Source: the human T2T-CHM13v2.0 reference genome, Homo sapiens
DNA: 64,000 nucleotides
Direction: 5' to 3' (one strand)
NCBI RefSeq assembly: GCF_009914755.1
Contig: NC_060925.1
Made by a program: the position numbers and the translations under genes. Below, piece after piece: positions 25,731 to 40,594 of the stretch (position 1 is the first letter of the stretch; each line of letters begins with the position of its first letter). Below the pieces are notes generated by a model. The model searched no databases, was not told the origin of the DNA, and saw only the letters and a list, made by a program, of their open reading frames with translations.

Positions 25731-27758
25731 GTTCCATGCCACTATGCTTACTCGGGTCTCTCACATTGGTGTACTTCTGGCACAAAGTCACATGACATTT
25801 GAGTAATAGCTGTCTCCCATGTGGACTTTACACCACATGATGTCAGGGGCCATTCATTCTATTCCAATTACATAAATCATAGATTAGGATAGGTCTTGGC
25901 AAGGACTGGGTACTATATGAATATTTTTGAGTAAATGTATGAGCACAAAATATTTTATGTGGTTATGTATCTAGTAAAACATGCAAGGCTAACATATCCT
26001 CTTTCATTAGACTTCAAGAAAACTCCAGCGAATATTTATCAGAAAAAGAAAACCAGGAAAAATGAAAGAAATAATAAAATTAAAATCTCGTACAAACCAA
26101 AAATAAATGATACAGAGCATTTAGGTAGTCAGAAGCTGTGCTAACTGGTTTCCAAACAAGGTAAAGAACAGCCTGCTAGGAACACACTGTATCTCAAAGG
26201 GCAAAACAATAACATCAAACCTTTCTCCTCTGCATTGCAAATACCATTTGCATTTCAATGACACTACACTCTAAAGAATATGCTCTACTAAGTTTGTTAG
26301 ATAAGCCGCATGTGCTGTGTTTCAAATCACATAGTAATAAAAGTGTTCCAGTTCTTTGATAGATTTACGTAATTCCCTAACTGGACTACCATTGATTCCC
26401 CTTAAGAAAGGTATATAGACTCTCTATGAAAAATAGAGTTTCTTAAATCCAGCTTCCTATGTGGAAAGTATTATTACTTTATAGGAAAATAATTTCTAGC
26501 TGTTTTCCTGTTGTTCCCAAGAGTCTTTCCAATTTCTTTATATATCTGTCTTAGAATGTTCAATTTTCTCAAGCCCCTTAAAAAATCATTCTTGCTTTTC
26601 TACTCATTTCCACTTGTTAAACTTGACCCAGTTTTCTCTTGGTTTCATATTTTATCATTCAACTTTTATTCCACTCTCTACCCTCTCCAACTCCCCTAAA
26701 TAAATTGTTTTTTCAGGTCATAATACCCCTATTTGTTTTTCCTACAAAACGGGTAAGCTCAGATGGAACATTATCGAATGGTGAAAAGCATAAGTTTGTC
26801 TTAGGACACAAAGTTTCTAACAAAGATTGATTCTTCTCATATGAAATAACTGCTTCTTTATACTTTTCATGGCATTTTAGAATACAGGGTAGGATTGCAG
26901 TCCCTGAAATGTACCAATTCTGAATTAAACTAATTAATTAATTAATTTTCTTAGCACCCCACAGAGATTGTGCCATCACTTTTTTGTATCATGCTGCCCC
27001 TGATTTTCCTCCTAGTGGGCCCGAAACATCCATCTTTCCACGAGTGTGGTCAGGAGATTAGGACTGTTATAAATGAAGTGCAAAGAGAATTACTATTCCA
27101 AGCAGAATTTTGCAGTCAGTAAGATGTTAAAGATTATCTAAAGAATATCAAGTCAAATCCAGAAGTCTCAGCTGAAGGTGTTTCTTCTTTAACATACAGA
27201 TTTTATACTGCCCTTCAATGAGGGTAGGCCTTGGGACAGATTTATTCTAAGAAATGAGGATAGAGTAGAGAAAGAAAAAGTCTGAAGCTCTTCTTATGGG
27301 GCTGCAGAGCTGGGAGACTTTCAGAAATATGAGAAAGGAAATAAGAGAGGCAGATGACACATGAGTTTTCATGTTTTCTCTCCAAACAGATAGGCAGTCT
27401 GGAAAAGCTAAGGATGTGGGCTTTTGACTAGAATAATGTTTGGGACTCTGAAAGGGGTTTGCCTTCGATGACTGCCCTGCACAGCTTCAAGATGGCCACA
27501 TCGGGGGAAACACAGTGGCACAGTGTGGTGACAGAGGGCTGATGTTCAGTATCTGAGTCATTCTTCATGTGTGGCATGAATAGAGCTATATGTTCTAAGG
27601 AGGGACTTTGGAGGTGGCTAAATGGAGTTGGATAGTCTGCCATGTGGCCAGTTTTGTTGGTGATTCTGCAGATGAACTACCTGCACCAGGAGTCTGAGGG
27701 AGGATGTTACAGGAATGCAGAGAGGTCTACAGTACAAGTAGGAGTTAAAATGAGGTCA

Positions 27759-28070
<312 letters not shown>

Positions 28071-28790
28071 TCAGCCACTGATTACTGCTAGATGCTGACC
28101 AAGTTAGAGAGGACAACCCAGTGGATTAAACCTTTCTCCAAATTAAGCCACATTGCTAGCATGTCAGTGATGATCAAGAGGTCAAAGTAGTGAGTGAGGG
28201 CTAAAGAAGTGAGAGCACACTTAATATCAGAAATATTTCAGTCCATGGGCAAAAGGATATTCTTACCATGGGTAAGAGGAGGAAGTTTGCAGAAATCTGA
28301 AACACTGAAACAATTCTCTTAAAGACACTGGGAAAGGCTTCAGTGTCCAAACTGTTTTAAACCAAATGAGTCTGTTTTTAATTTTTTCTCCAACTGGAGA
28401 AAATTGAAAATTGTTTTGGTTGGGGCCAAGGGTGAAGGAGTCTTGAAGAACATTGGATCAGATATACCAAATGACCAATTTGATAGATTGATTGATTAAT
28501 GTTTTTTTAAACTTTTAAGTTACTATGGGAGTAAATTCATTACTTTGCTACAAATGTTGTGGGAAAGTGGACAAGTCAATGCACTACTGTGAATACTTAT
28601 TCACTAATTCACGTTTCCATTTGGAAAAATAAAGGAGTTGGGCTGCATAATTCTTAAGGTCTTCTTTAGTTGAGAGAACCTATATGTATTTATAGTCTGT
28701 CCTTCTTATGTAGAGAACACGAATGTCTAATTATTTACATTTATTTTTATGATAGAATTAAAACGATGTATTAAGCTGGCCTTTTTTCAG

Positions 28791-29115
28791 ACATACTTGC
28801 AACCAGAGTCATCAATTTTGAAGACAGCAACCAAGCCAAGCAATGTGAGGTTACAGCTATGAAATAGAACAGAGATGTCTAGACTATAGACACAGCCTGC
28901 CGTTTTGTGCTGATTGGTAAAGTGTTCCAGCCAACTGGAAGCAAATATTTCTCAGAAGCAGTTTCCTGCTCTCATCCTCTCCTCGCCATGCCCACTGTGC
29001 CCAACATGGCTCCAGCTGGGTCACAGAAGACTTTGTCCTGGAATACAGCATTTCCCTATTTAAATCTCTAACTTTGTATGTACTCTTTTCAATAAAAGCA
29101 TATTTTTCATTACCA
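28791..29115 (+). ncRNA. Candidate 3' terminal exon B
   Basis: Acceptor ccttttttcag|A; two TGTA elements at 29075-29082; AATAAA at 29091-29096; CA about 18 nt downstream; non-repetitive sequence. Confidence 0.45.
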
Positions 29116-30916
29116 TTCTGACCATACTCCCTTCTCTGCTGGCTCCACAGCTAAGGTTTCTGCACCTGTTCCATAACTTCTGGGATCTGTCTCTGTTGCT
29201 GCACGTATGCATTCCATAAGCATTAATAGATCCATTCACTCTTCTGAAATCTGGGCAGCTTAAATCATATTACATCTAACGTATTTTTACTAGAGTCAGT
29301 TCTACCCCCCGACTCTTGAGTGCACACACAGGCACTTCTCTGTAAGTTCCTTGAGGTCAGAAATAGTCCCCTAGTCAGCCTTCTGCTTCTGTAGTTCCTG
29401 GTCCATCAAGGTGCAGAGTACATATTCCACAGATAAATAGATAACTCTCATTCAATGCTCTGATCTTTCCTTTATCTTGTTTCCCTGGATATTCCTCTTT
29501 CACGGCTCTTTTCTATTTAATTTACCCACATACTCCTCTAATTCCATTCACTTACTTTCAACCAATTCTTTTCATTGCTTATAAACAGATGTTTAGACAG
29601 TTTGTAGACATGATCAGTAATATGAGTCAACATTTTATCACTGCAGGATGGTGTTAGAAAATTACATCTTAAATTACTTTGTGACCAAGCTTTTATAAAA
29701 TTTGCCCTTAGATAGCTATCCAGAGATCCATATTGCTTTCTTGTTCAAAGTAGTAAAACTTAATAATTTACCATATTTATAACTATGATATGCTGTAATT
29801 TTACATTTTAAATAGGAAAAGGCAGGAAGATGCACAAATCTTGAATGTGCAAAATCTTCCTTCCATAACTGAACCAGGAATAGAACATAAGTCAGTTTTA
29901 TTCCTCACTTGGGAAAGCTAATATCACTTCCTCTGTATCCACTTTTGTTATATTCAGTAGAATAAATAATAAGCAAGTGACTCTATTTGTAAAGGAGAAT
30001 GGTCCAGAAAACCTTGAATAGAAATTTCAAATAACATGGTAGTTACAAGCTGAGTGACTTATTTGTCATAGAATCAATAAAGCTATGTGTGAGAGGTGAT
30101 GGCAGAAAAACTAGACAAAAATTGTATAATATTGCAATGGAAGTACGCCTGGAAATGCTAAGAAATGAATTTGAAACCTATTTCATGGCTTGAATGGAGT
30201 CTGTGTTCTGAATGATAAGACGATCCATTGGGGATTTTCCATCTGAATGATCTTTTGTAACTTAAGCCACAAGAACATCATGTGAAACTGCCCAGTGGAG
30301 ATTATGCTGTGCTCTATGTGTATTCCGAAGCAGACCACAGGCTTGGAATTAGTGAAGTAATTGATGAATATAAAACTTCAGCATGACACATAATTTCATT
30401 TTCAAAGGCTGAAACAAAACATTAGCTTTTCAGAGATGTGCTGCTATCTTAACCGGCATTCTTTCTTGTCCCATGGTGCACGGTGCACGGCGCAGATTGA
30501 GAAGCGATTATTTTCCTTCAAATTAAATGACTTCCTGAAGCTGTTTTCTAAAAGATTCTGTTTTCTGCCAAAGTCATTTTGTGAATGGCCACTTTAGGAA
30601 TGAGCATCGTGATGGTGTCCCAGATCCTGTAGACAGCTGATTTTCTTTCCAATTTATTTAGAGCAATAGTTTTGTATTCAACCCCTGATGTCAAATCAAA
30701 ATTTCTACATGTGAAGAAGATTCAACAAATTTGTAAAGAGTAAAGGCCCTTGAAAATTTTTATAACTAGTCAGAAATGGACAAAGTTCGCTACTTTGTAT
30801 TGTAACTTTTCAAACTTCTTAGCTTTTCAAATGCAAATAGGCAAACCTGTCTCTATCCACATTGTCTCTTTATGTTGTTTAAGGAAGAAGTCTGACAGCA
30901 TTCTCTACCTTTCTAC

Positions 30917-31117
30917 TATATATATATATATATATACACATTCAAACACATAGATGTATGTATACCCACACACATAGATGTCACTCTTTGTATATATTAT
31001 GCATATAAACACACACATGCATGATACATACATATAGGTGTATGTATATCTGTCACTCTGTATATTATATAAACACACACATGCACACACACATGCATAC
31101 TGGTGTATGTATATGTC

Positions 31118-31150
<33 letters not shown>
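30917..31150. repeat. Compound (TA)n/(CA)n/(TG)n simple repeat with higher-order units
   Basis: (TA)n at the start, (TG)n at 31122-31150, anchor tgtcactct at 30979, 31051 and 31114. Confidence 0.92.
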
Positions 31151-31153
<3 letters not shown>

Positions 31154-31899
31154 GGCACATATATAATGTTTTCTGAGAGCTGGAAAACTACAGTAGTCAA
31201 AATATTTAGAAATAATAAAGGACAATATAACAAAGACATTACTGAATATTCTATCCTTTTACAGTCAATTAGAAATTAGTTTTGCTAATTCAGTGTGTAA
31301 CACTTGAATATATAAATGTCTTCATTCTATTTTATATTATTCTTTAATATAGTAACAAAATGCAGATTCTTAAACCACATTTTTAAACATATGGGAAAAA
31401 TAACATTTTTATATGAAATTATTGACAAATTTTCAAGAACAAAAATCTCTATAATGTGTGAGGGAAACGTTACATTACAGGTCTCATTAAAGATGCTTAG
31501 CTTAAATGATGGTTCTGACAAGAGTATGTGACAAATTAAAGTTAGCCATGAGTATGTGAGGCCAATTCCAGTAATGCTAGGTATAATTCATGTTTAGTTC
31601 CTTTATTAATGCAATTAATCACATCTCTAAAATCAAGAAGAAAACCCATCAAACCACTTGTAAATTGGAAATGGATTTTGTAAATTTCAATATCCATTCC
31701 TTATTTTTTTAAAAAAGTTGGTTAAATAGAACTAAAAAGACATTTCTTTAACTTGACAAGCCAACAGTTAGATCTTTCCCTCCATGGAAAAAACTTCTTG
31801 ACTATATTCCATCAGTTGCACATCCTGTGGGGACTAACTACTGAAACCCTCCCAAACCCCTCCATCTCCACTGCTGCTGCTTAGTTTGCTTAGTTTTGC

Positions 31900-32176
31900 T
31901 TTTTTTTTTTTTTTGAAATGGAGTCTTGCTCTGTTGCCCAGGCTGGAGTGCAGTGGCGCAGTCTCGCCTCAATGCAACCTCCATCTCCCGGGTTGGTTCA
32001 AGCCATTCTCCTGCCTCAGCCTCCTGAGTAGCTAGGATTACAGGCACATGCCACCAAGCCTGGCTAATTTTTGTATTTTCAGTAGAGACGGAGTTTCACC
32101 ATGCTGCCCAGGCTGGACTCAAACTCCTGACATCATGATCCACCCGCCTCGGTCTCCCAGCGTGCTGGGATTACAG
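31900..32176 (-). mobile_element. AluS, slightly 5'-truncated
   Basis: Poly(T) at 31900-31914; ends at ctgggattacag; flanks tagtttt on both sides. Confidence 0.93.
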
Positions 32177-32199
32177 TAGTTTTACCTTTTATTATCACT

Positions 32200-32800
32200 C
32201 AATTAGATGATAATCATCTTAATTCTTTTCTGTCATTTTTTCTTACTCCCTTCCCAAGATACTGCCAGAACAATCTTTCTAAAATGGAAATCTTACTTTA
32301 TTCCTTATTTTAAAAAATTCAATGGCTTCTCAGAACCTATTGAATAAATTTCTGATTTCAAACACAACATGCTAGACCTGCCATGTTTTGGTGCAACCAG
32401 CCATCAAGTCTTACCTTTGTCGTTTCTCACACTTTCAATGAAAGTTCCAACTTTGATGAACTAATTTAATTTTCTGAATGTTAGTTCTCTCATAACTTGT
32501 GGCACTTTCATGAGTTGCAGCTGTTGCTTGAAATGCTTTACTTGCCATATTCATCCTGGAAACAAATAAGGATCTAATGCAAGCATTGACTACTTGGAGT
32601 ATTCTATTCAGATTTCCAAAAGTTAGAGCCTTTTCCCTGTGATTTCACAGTATCCTGTTTTGGTCAGTAATACATCACTTTCCATTGCATGATAAATGGT
32701 GGTTTACATCAACTTAAGGGAATGACGTCTTATTCAGTTTTGTATTCTAAGGACCTGTAATGGTCTGAGAAATAATAGTTGCTTGTTCCGTATATGTAGA
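32200..32800 (+). mobile_element. L2 fragment
   Basis: actgccagaacaatctttctaaaatggaaatct...ttcaatggcttctc, ending in an L2-like tail. Confidence 0.55.
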
Positions 32801-32914
32801 AATAATCAAATATTTTACTTGAATCTTATTTTCTGCAAGGCTTCGTGGAAATAGTAGTATCATCTAAGAATACAATATGTTTGGAGCTCTAACCTGCAGA
32901 TATTTTTTTTTCAG

Positions 32915-33120
32915 GTGCCTGCAATCTGTCTGGAATTCAGACTATTACCCTTCTGGATTCACTAAAACTATACTCTTAATCTGTACCGGGAAGTTCTATA
33001 CTGTTGCTTTAATCCTTGGTGCTGTTTATTTCAACCAAGATACACCTTGAAGACAATCTGCCTGCAACACTCATAATCCCTGAATGGATAGCACCCAATA
33101 AAAGAGAGAACATCATTGCC
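32915..33120 (+). ncRNA. Candidate 3' terminal exon C
   Basis: Branch-like ctaac at 32889-32893; acceptor ttttttttcag|G; AATAAA at 33097-33102; T-rich element from 33123. Confidence 0.45.
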
Positions 33121-33690
33121 AATTTTTTCTTCTATCCAAGTCCTCCTCTGTCTTTATACCTTATTTGACCTGAATATCTTATCTTTCCGTGTTAAATGCT
33201 CTTCTCTCTTGACCTCTAGATCACTGTACTCTCTGGGGTCTGCCTCTGTTTCCCTAATATTTTCCGCTTTAAATTGTCCACATCTGCTCATGCTTCAATT
33301 GATGCCCTCTTTTTAAAAATTCTGTCCTTAGCCATCATTTCTCTCTAAGTTCTACTTAATAATAACCTTAGACATTTTTGTGATTTTATCTTTTATTTCT
33401 ATGCATATTTTTTTACCAAATGCATACTTCTAGATGTGATCCCCCTCATATTTTTCAGAACATATATAGTTCATTGACATTATTTTCAAAGATACATCAA
33501 CAGCACCCCAAATTAAACATGTACAAAAATATTTGTCTTCTCCACAAATATGTTCTCATTTGAATATTTACTGCCATTGCTGTTGGAGGATACCTCTAAA
33601 GAACCCTGGAAGAAAATATCAGTGTTAGTCACAATTTCTTATGTTTTTCATCTCTGTAGTCAAGAAGTAAATCACCATATCATAGAGAAT

Positions 33691-34080
33691 TGTGAAGGAT
33701 CTGAGATTTTATCATCTTACAAGCTAACAGGTTAGCTGGCTACAATTTCACAGATTCTGCAGAAGACACAGGACTCCAGGATCAGACACAAAGAACTTTG
33801 CTACTCATGGCACAGCAGGTAGCATGAGCTTCATGTTCACACCAGTTTCCTTTGACTCCTCAGTCACATTGGAGTGGTGCAGAGAAAACTCAGGTGGATG
33901 CTGGACACACAGTGAGTTTGTTTCACAGTCAAAGAATTCTGATCTTTGGAAACCCAAATCTTTTATAAGGTATATGCAACCAAAAGCACCAAGTCTTTGC
34001 CCTGACGGGAGACACCGTCTCTATCTGTAAGGAGATAGAAGAGGACAAAGGGAATAAGTATCTCTGTTCTAAAACATGTA
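33691..34080 (-). mobile_element. Old ERV LTR fragment, subfamily not determined
   Basis: tgtgaaggatctgagattttatcatcttacaagctaacaggttagc resembles a reverse LTR 3' end. Confidence 0.55.
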
Positions 34081-34154
34081 GGAATACAAGAAACATGTAA
34101 AGAATATTCTCCCTATACTTATCGTACCTGCTGTATCTTCTGTTCCTCATTTCT

Positions 34155-34370
34155 AAATAGCTGTGTGAAACTGGACAAATTACTTACCTTCATTGTCCCA
34201 CAATTTTTTATGTGTTAATGGGAATAATAATAGTACCTAAAACACAGAGCTATTATGATTTTTCAAAGAGTTAATATGTCTAAAGTTTCTGTGGTAAAGG
34301 CTGGCACATTATTAAATGCTATTTAAGTCATTATTAAATAACTGAATAAGTACTTATTACTATTATCATC
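34155..34370 (+). mobile_element. MIR
   Basis: gctgtgtgaaactggacaaattacttacct...aatgggaataataatagtacct. Confidence 0.78.
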
Positions 34371-36139
34371 ATCATATTTACTGTTCCTTTTCCATTTTGT
34401 TTGCCACTGGCATTTAGCTTCTCCCTTGTCTACTGCAGTATAGTCTTACTGTGATTCTGCACCCAGACTCTCACCTCCCCCATTTACTCTTTGTGCAGTT
34501 TCCAAAGCTTATTTCCTAAAATAAGTATCAGTGATGTCCACTTGATTCTTCCAGAAATTTTAGATGATTCCAGGTTGCAGACAGAAACTGGCCTGCAGTA
34601 TGGAATTCAGGATCCTTCTCAACATGACTTTTTGGTAGTCTCTTTCCCCTTTAGACTTCCGTAGTTTAGACTTTCTGTATTTTATGAAGAGATTAGGCAC
34701 ATCTAGGCATCCACAAATTTGATCCTGCTGTTCCCTCAGTCAGAAACCCTTTTATCTTTACCTGTGAAAATTCTTGTAATGTTACTGAGGTCAGTTCATG
34801 CTATTGCTTCCCCAAACTTCTTGCAAGCACACACTCTGCCTGGCTTATCTTTCAATACTCTCTTGGTTGTAAAAATCATTTTTAGCAACACAAGTATCAT
34901 ATTCATCATCCATCCACTTTCCTTATATTCTTCCTCTTTAACTTTCTACCCATCTAGTTCCTTTGTCTTTGCTTGTCAACATATCCTGGTCATTCTCTTC
35001 ATTCATATGAACTGACTTAGCAGGCTCACTTTCCTGCAGCTTTAGGTTCTGCATAGATGGCTTCCTTGTGGACATCTAATTTGGGCTGATCCAGGATGAA
35101 CACTGCCCTATACTGCTTCCCCTCTAATACTGCTGAGTTCTGTCTTTGAGGTTGAGGCCTTACAAGTCCAGAAACAAATCATCAATGCCTCATAGTCCTA
35201 CCCTTCACCTTTTTTGATCTAACACATATTTTTGTGTAGGAGGCTTATCGTCTTGATAATCAAACAAAAAACCCAGCATCAAAAAGTCACCTGTGGTCAA
35301 AGCTGCAAATACTAAGGAAATGTTTTGGTGAGCATGAATAAAAAAAGGCATATTACTTCCTCCATTTAGCCTGTGCCAATTAAGACTGTGTAGGAGGAGA
35401 TTTATTGCAATTAAATAATTTAAAATATTATGTATAATTTCAGTTAATTGAGCAAAAATGTAACAGCATTCAAGAGAAAAGAGCAAAGGAAAAACCAATG
35501 TAAAATTTAAAAGTATATACAGTCTATATATTGATCTGGGTTTATAAAGGGATTTAAATTGCAGTTCTAAATTTATTTAGTTTTATATTTCAATTGCACA
35601 TCTGTTTCTCGTTTTCATGGAACATGTTTCAATCTCAGAGTGAAAGATTTCCTGAAAATCATAAGATTTATGTTTACTGTGTTCCTTATAAAACCAAACT
35701 CATGACAAGTGATGGTCAATAAGTGGTCTTTGTTGCATTAAATAAAAAGAATCTGTGAACTTTGAATGCTACTGCTTATTAATGCACATTACTGAATACA
35801 TAAAGACAATGAAATATTGATAAAATGTAAATTTAACATAGTCCGCTAACATTAAGATAGAGGTTATTAAAAATGAAAATTAAGACATATATGATCAAAT
35901 TGAATATCTGATGTAGGAAGAAAATAGGTAACACACAAAGCAAATAGAGAAAATAGCCAGTAAACACATGAGAATAATATATTACAAAGTTGCTAAAATT
36001 TTCCTCATACCTATTTAATACAACTAATAAAAAGTCCAGGATATGCCTTTTGAACCGATGCAACGGTGTGCCTACCGTGTATTGAGCCTTAGTAATCAAA
36101 GGAATTACCTTAGTTCCAGCCAAGGCAATAATGGGAGGG

Positions 36140-36471
36140 TGTATTAGTTCATTTTCATGCTGCTGATAAAGACATACCTGAGACTGGGTAATTTATAAAG
36201 AAAAAGAGGTTTAATGAACTTACAGTTCCATGTGGCTGGGGAGGCCTCACAATCATGGTGGAAGGAGAAAGGCATGTCTCACATGGCGGCAGACGAGAGA
36301 ATGAGAGTCAAGTGAAAGGGGAAACCCCTTTAAAATCATCAGATCTCATGAGATTTATTCACTACCATGAGAATAGTTAAGTGGGGGTCTCTGCCACTGG
36401 TCCCTCCCACAACACATGGGAATTATGGGAGCTACAATTCAAGATGAGATTTGGGTGAGGACACAGCCAAA
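36140..36471 (-). mobile_element. THE1B-like solo LTR, first bases missing
   Basis: tgtattagttcattttcatgctgctgataaagacatacc...gatttgggtgaggacacagccaaa; terminal ccatatca absent. Confidence 0.9.
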
Positions 36472-36975
36472 GATAAAGTGCAGTGATGCAGTTTTCTCCT
36501 GACCACTCCAGCACTTGGATTAAGTGTGTTACTACTTCTTATGAAGTCTATAAGCGAGTAATAATGGCAGTTCTAGATTGCCCTGATAGCCAATAGCTCA
36601 TCTCAGCTTTTAATGACTAAAAAAAGTTCTGTTTCATGTGTTTGGCTGACCAATGACTAAGTGGCCAGGGATGGTGTGAGTGTCCTCCATTAACCCCTTT
36701 CTCTCCCAGATCTCCCCAGCCATCCCTATCTTCCAGCACAGTTTTCCAGAAATTATGAAACTAGATCATGCAATGGAGCTGGATGAAGTAACCAGGATCA
36801 CAAAAGAGATCTACTTGGTATCATATCAACTAAACACCTGGCTCCTATTTTCTTTTGTTCGCTACAATCATTTTAAGAATTAACTAGTCTATTCTTCCTC
36901 CAGTCTGAGTTGTTATATTTTTTTCCGCTTAGAAGCGTTTCCCATAATAATTCATTTTTTTAAAAAATCAGATCA

Positions 36976-37282
<307 letters not shown>

Positions 37283-38519
37283 TCACTGGTCTACTAAATT
37301 CCTTTAATATTCTGGGCCCTGGAATATTTTTACTACTGTGAAGCCTAGGCAGAAAGGAGGCACATGTGTTCAAAGGAAATGACATACTCAAATTTTAGTG
37401 AGAGAAAAAGCAGTGTTTCAGTTTACAAAGAGAAGATTAGACAGGACATTATGCATATTAGTTTATTAATATTAACTTGTAATTACCATATGTAAAAATA
37501 AGACAAACACGATGAGAAAATTCAGTATGTCAACCCTGTTGTCAATAGATAGAGATGATTGATTTTATTTCTAAATCAAGATAGCCATATCTCAGAATAA
37601 CAATTTGTTATTTGGCCTAAAATAGTCATTGAAAGAAAGTCTTTAATAGGAACATTTTAGTCCTCTCTTCATTTCTCTTTGTGGAACTTGATTATGTACA
37701 TTTAATGGGCCATTTCTGTTATTTTTCTGAGATTAATGGATGTCTGGGAAACTTTTCCTCCAGTTAAACTTTATTTATTCATTATATCAGTTATCTTTTA
37801 AAATCATTTTGATACTTGATTTTGAAAACTGTAGATATACTTTGGTTGGAATATTCAGTTTCCAAATGCTAAACCAAACTGCCAATGCAATTGAATTACT
37901 GTCCATGTAATAACAGACCATTTATAAATTGATGAATGAATTGAGTGAATTAAACTAATCTTGTCTATTTAGGAATCTTTTCCCCAACCATTCTTTGTAA
38001 TAGGATTTAGATAGATTGCTCAACAGCTCCATAGATAGATGGATAGACAAATAGAGTTGCCCATGCATTGTTCCCGCATAAACTGTCCTATGCAACTGAT
38101 TAAATGCTCAATTTTAAAATAGTGTATAAAGAAGACATTATTCTTGTGATTATGAAAGAAATTATGACTTAATATTCTTTATGTTTTAATTACTGAAGCT
38201 CTATCTAGCAGTTTAGAAAAAATATTGAGTTTTCTATGAAATACATCTAGATTTTAGATTACCATGTGCATCATTTTATTGCCGGTCTAAATGGCTACCC
38301 AGACTTTCCCAAGGGAGAAGCCGTATTTTTCAGCGTATGCTTTTCTTTATTGGAAGACTTGTTTTAAAATAATGTGTAGTGATAGCACAGAGTTCTTAAA
38401 GGTTATAACCAATCCAGACTTCTCCTACACTGAAGATTCTGAGGAAAAAACAAACAAACAAACAAACAAAAAACCCAAAACTTGAAAGTTGTCATTTGCC
38501 AAAGCATTGCCTAGGAGAA

Positions 38520-39200
38520 TATATTCAAGAATGATATATTGCGCATCCCCAAGTACAGGTTCTGTACTTGACTCTGGGGATACAGAAAATAGTAAGCCAT
38601 ACAATTCCCCTGCTCTCAGGAAGCCCACCATGCAAGAGATGAGATGAACGTTAAACAAACAATTATACAAATTGTTATTTAATGACAATTGTAATAAGCA
38701 CAGCATGCTATGAGAAGGCAACATATGGACTGCACACTAGTCTGTGGGTATTGAAACCTTTCCTGAGAAATGAACATTTAACCTGAGTTGGAGTGGAAAG
38801 GAGTGGAACTGATCAGATAAAGTGGTGACCAAATCAGCTAGCACTAAATTAAGATTGATTTTTATAGTATAGATTGCACATAGTTCTGAAGAAAGCTTTA
38901 TAAATTAGCTACCTCCAATCATTTGAAAATGTAGAATTGCATGACTGTGTATAAATGAAGAACAGATGGCGAAGCAATCTAGTGATGAAAGTTGGAATAA
39001 TCAGGAGGAAAACTTGAGCTGATTCTAAACGATAAGCAGTTTGGATAGAATGAGAGAAACAGCCTATTCCATTTCATTTACTCAATAGCCCACCGATATT
39101 TATGATGGACCTAGTATAGTCTAGCAATTGTCTTGAGTTCTGGAAGTACAGAGCACAATAAGCATTATGTCCTTGCTTTCGAGGAGCTCATTATCTAGTT
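38520..39200 (-). mobile_element. L2 fragments
   Basis: cccctgctctcaggaagcccac and ccttgctttcgaggagctcattatctag L2 3' motifs. Confidence 0.55.
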
Positions 39201-39229
39201 TATGTATATACATACAATGGGCTCTATTA

Positions 39230-39360
39230 ACAATTATGAAAACTGAGGCACAAAGTAGTAAAGGAACTTCCCCAAGGTCATACAAATAGTATAAATGATG
39301 AAGACAGGATTTGATTACAGGCAGCTGACTCCAAAGTCCATGTTCTTAACCACTGGTTTT
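39230..39360 (-). mobile_element. MIR
   Basis: gaaaactgaggcacaaag...cccaaggtcatac...ttcttaaccact. Confidence 0.78.
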
Positions 39361-39619
39361 GTATCGTTAAAGTGAACATTTTTGCAAGAGGTAAAAACAA
39401 GATGCTATTGTACACATGAGAGCACCTGCTATGCCCCACATCCCAGTGTCGTGCGAACACTTTTGAGGGATCAACAGTTTCGCGGATCTGGCTCTGGCTC
39501 TTTAGCTCTCTGTGCTTGAGAATTCAACATCATTAGTCCATATCGAGGCAATTTGGCATAGAGATTACTGCTACTCAGTCATACTACAATAATTAGACTG
39601 GAGCAGCCATGACCATTGA

Positions 39620-39870
39620 AGAGCAGAGTTTGAAGCCTGACTCAATGAGAATTGAACTTTGGCTTCACCACTTAGTCACTGCTTGTCCTTGACCAAGATA
39701 ACTAGTATCTCAGGGAATCACTTCTCCCATCTGTAAAATGACAATATTACTAACATACTGGATTCTTGTGATGCTTAAGAGTGTTTATGCATATGTGTAA
39801 AGCAATTGGAAAAATGCCTGGATCTTAGTAAGAATCCATGATCAGGGTTGTAATGGTAATAGTTGTTGCA
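39620..39870 (+). mobile_element. MIR
   Basis: ccttgaccaagataact...cccatctgtaaaatgacaata. Confidence 0.72.
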
Positions 39871-40594
39871 GCTGTAATTCAATACATCTGACATTAAGTG
39901 CTTGTCGAGATAGATTTTCTCCTGAACACTGTAGGCAATGCACTGGCACTATTAATCTCTGTCACTGTGGTTTCTATAGGGCAGATACTACCATTGACCT
40001 TCATTTTACAGATGGGGAAAGTAAGGCAGAAAGGTAAATAAACCTGTGAATGTTTCTTGACCTGTGCCACTGCTTTCTGCATGACTCATTATTTCTTTAG
40101 AAATGTAAACACATATGATTCAATGATAGCCTGCTGCAACTGGGAACTGGTCTGGCTCATCTACGTGACTTTGCAAATATCTGCTTTGACCCATCATGTG
40201 TTTGGTTGAAGTTCAACGTTCGTGGTTATTGACTACATGTGGATTGAGAGAGAGAGAAGAGAACTGAGAATTTCACTAAGGTTTTTATTTTTGGTTGTTG
40301 GATCTATGATGATGCTAGTAACCTAGAAAACAGTGGTGGGTGATACGGCAAATTAAGTTTTAGATAAACCAAATTTATAATTAGAGCTGGCCTAATTGTT
40401 CCTGCAGTTAGGCATCTGAGTATGCAAAACTGTATACATTATTCTTTTAAAAATATAACTGTGTTGAAATAGTCCATAAACATCTTCCAAAGTCATTTGA
40501 CAAGTATATAAAACAAAATGTATTTTACTTTCTCCTTTTAAATCTAATCTCTTCAGAGGTAAGCACTGTTAAAAGTTACGTGACCATGCATCTA

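Noticed and set aside
28323-28347. Short inverted repeat gacactg...cagtgtc
   Set aside because: A 7-bp stem is too short for a pre-miRNA or structured RNA and is expected by chance.
30905-31239. HT/CV/YI-rich ORFs
   Set aside because: Translations of dinucleotide repeats.
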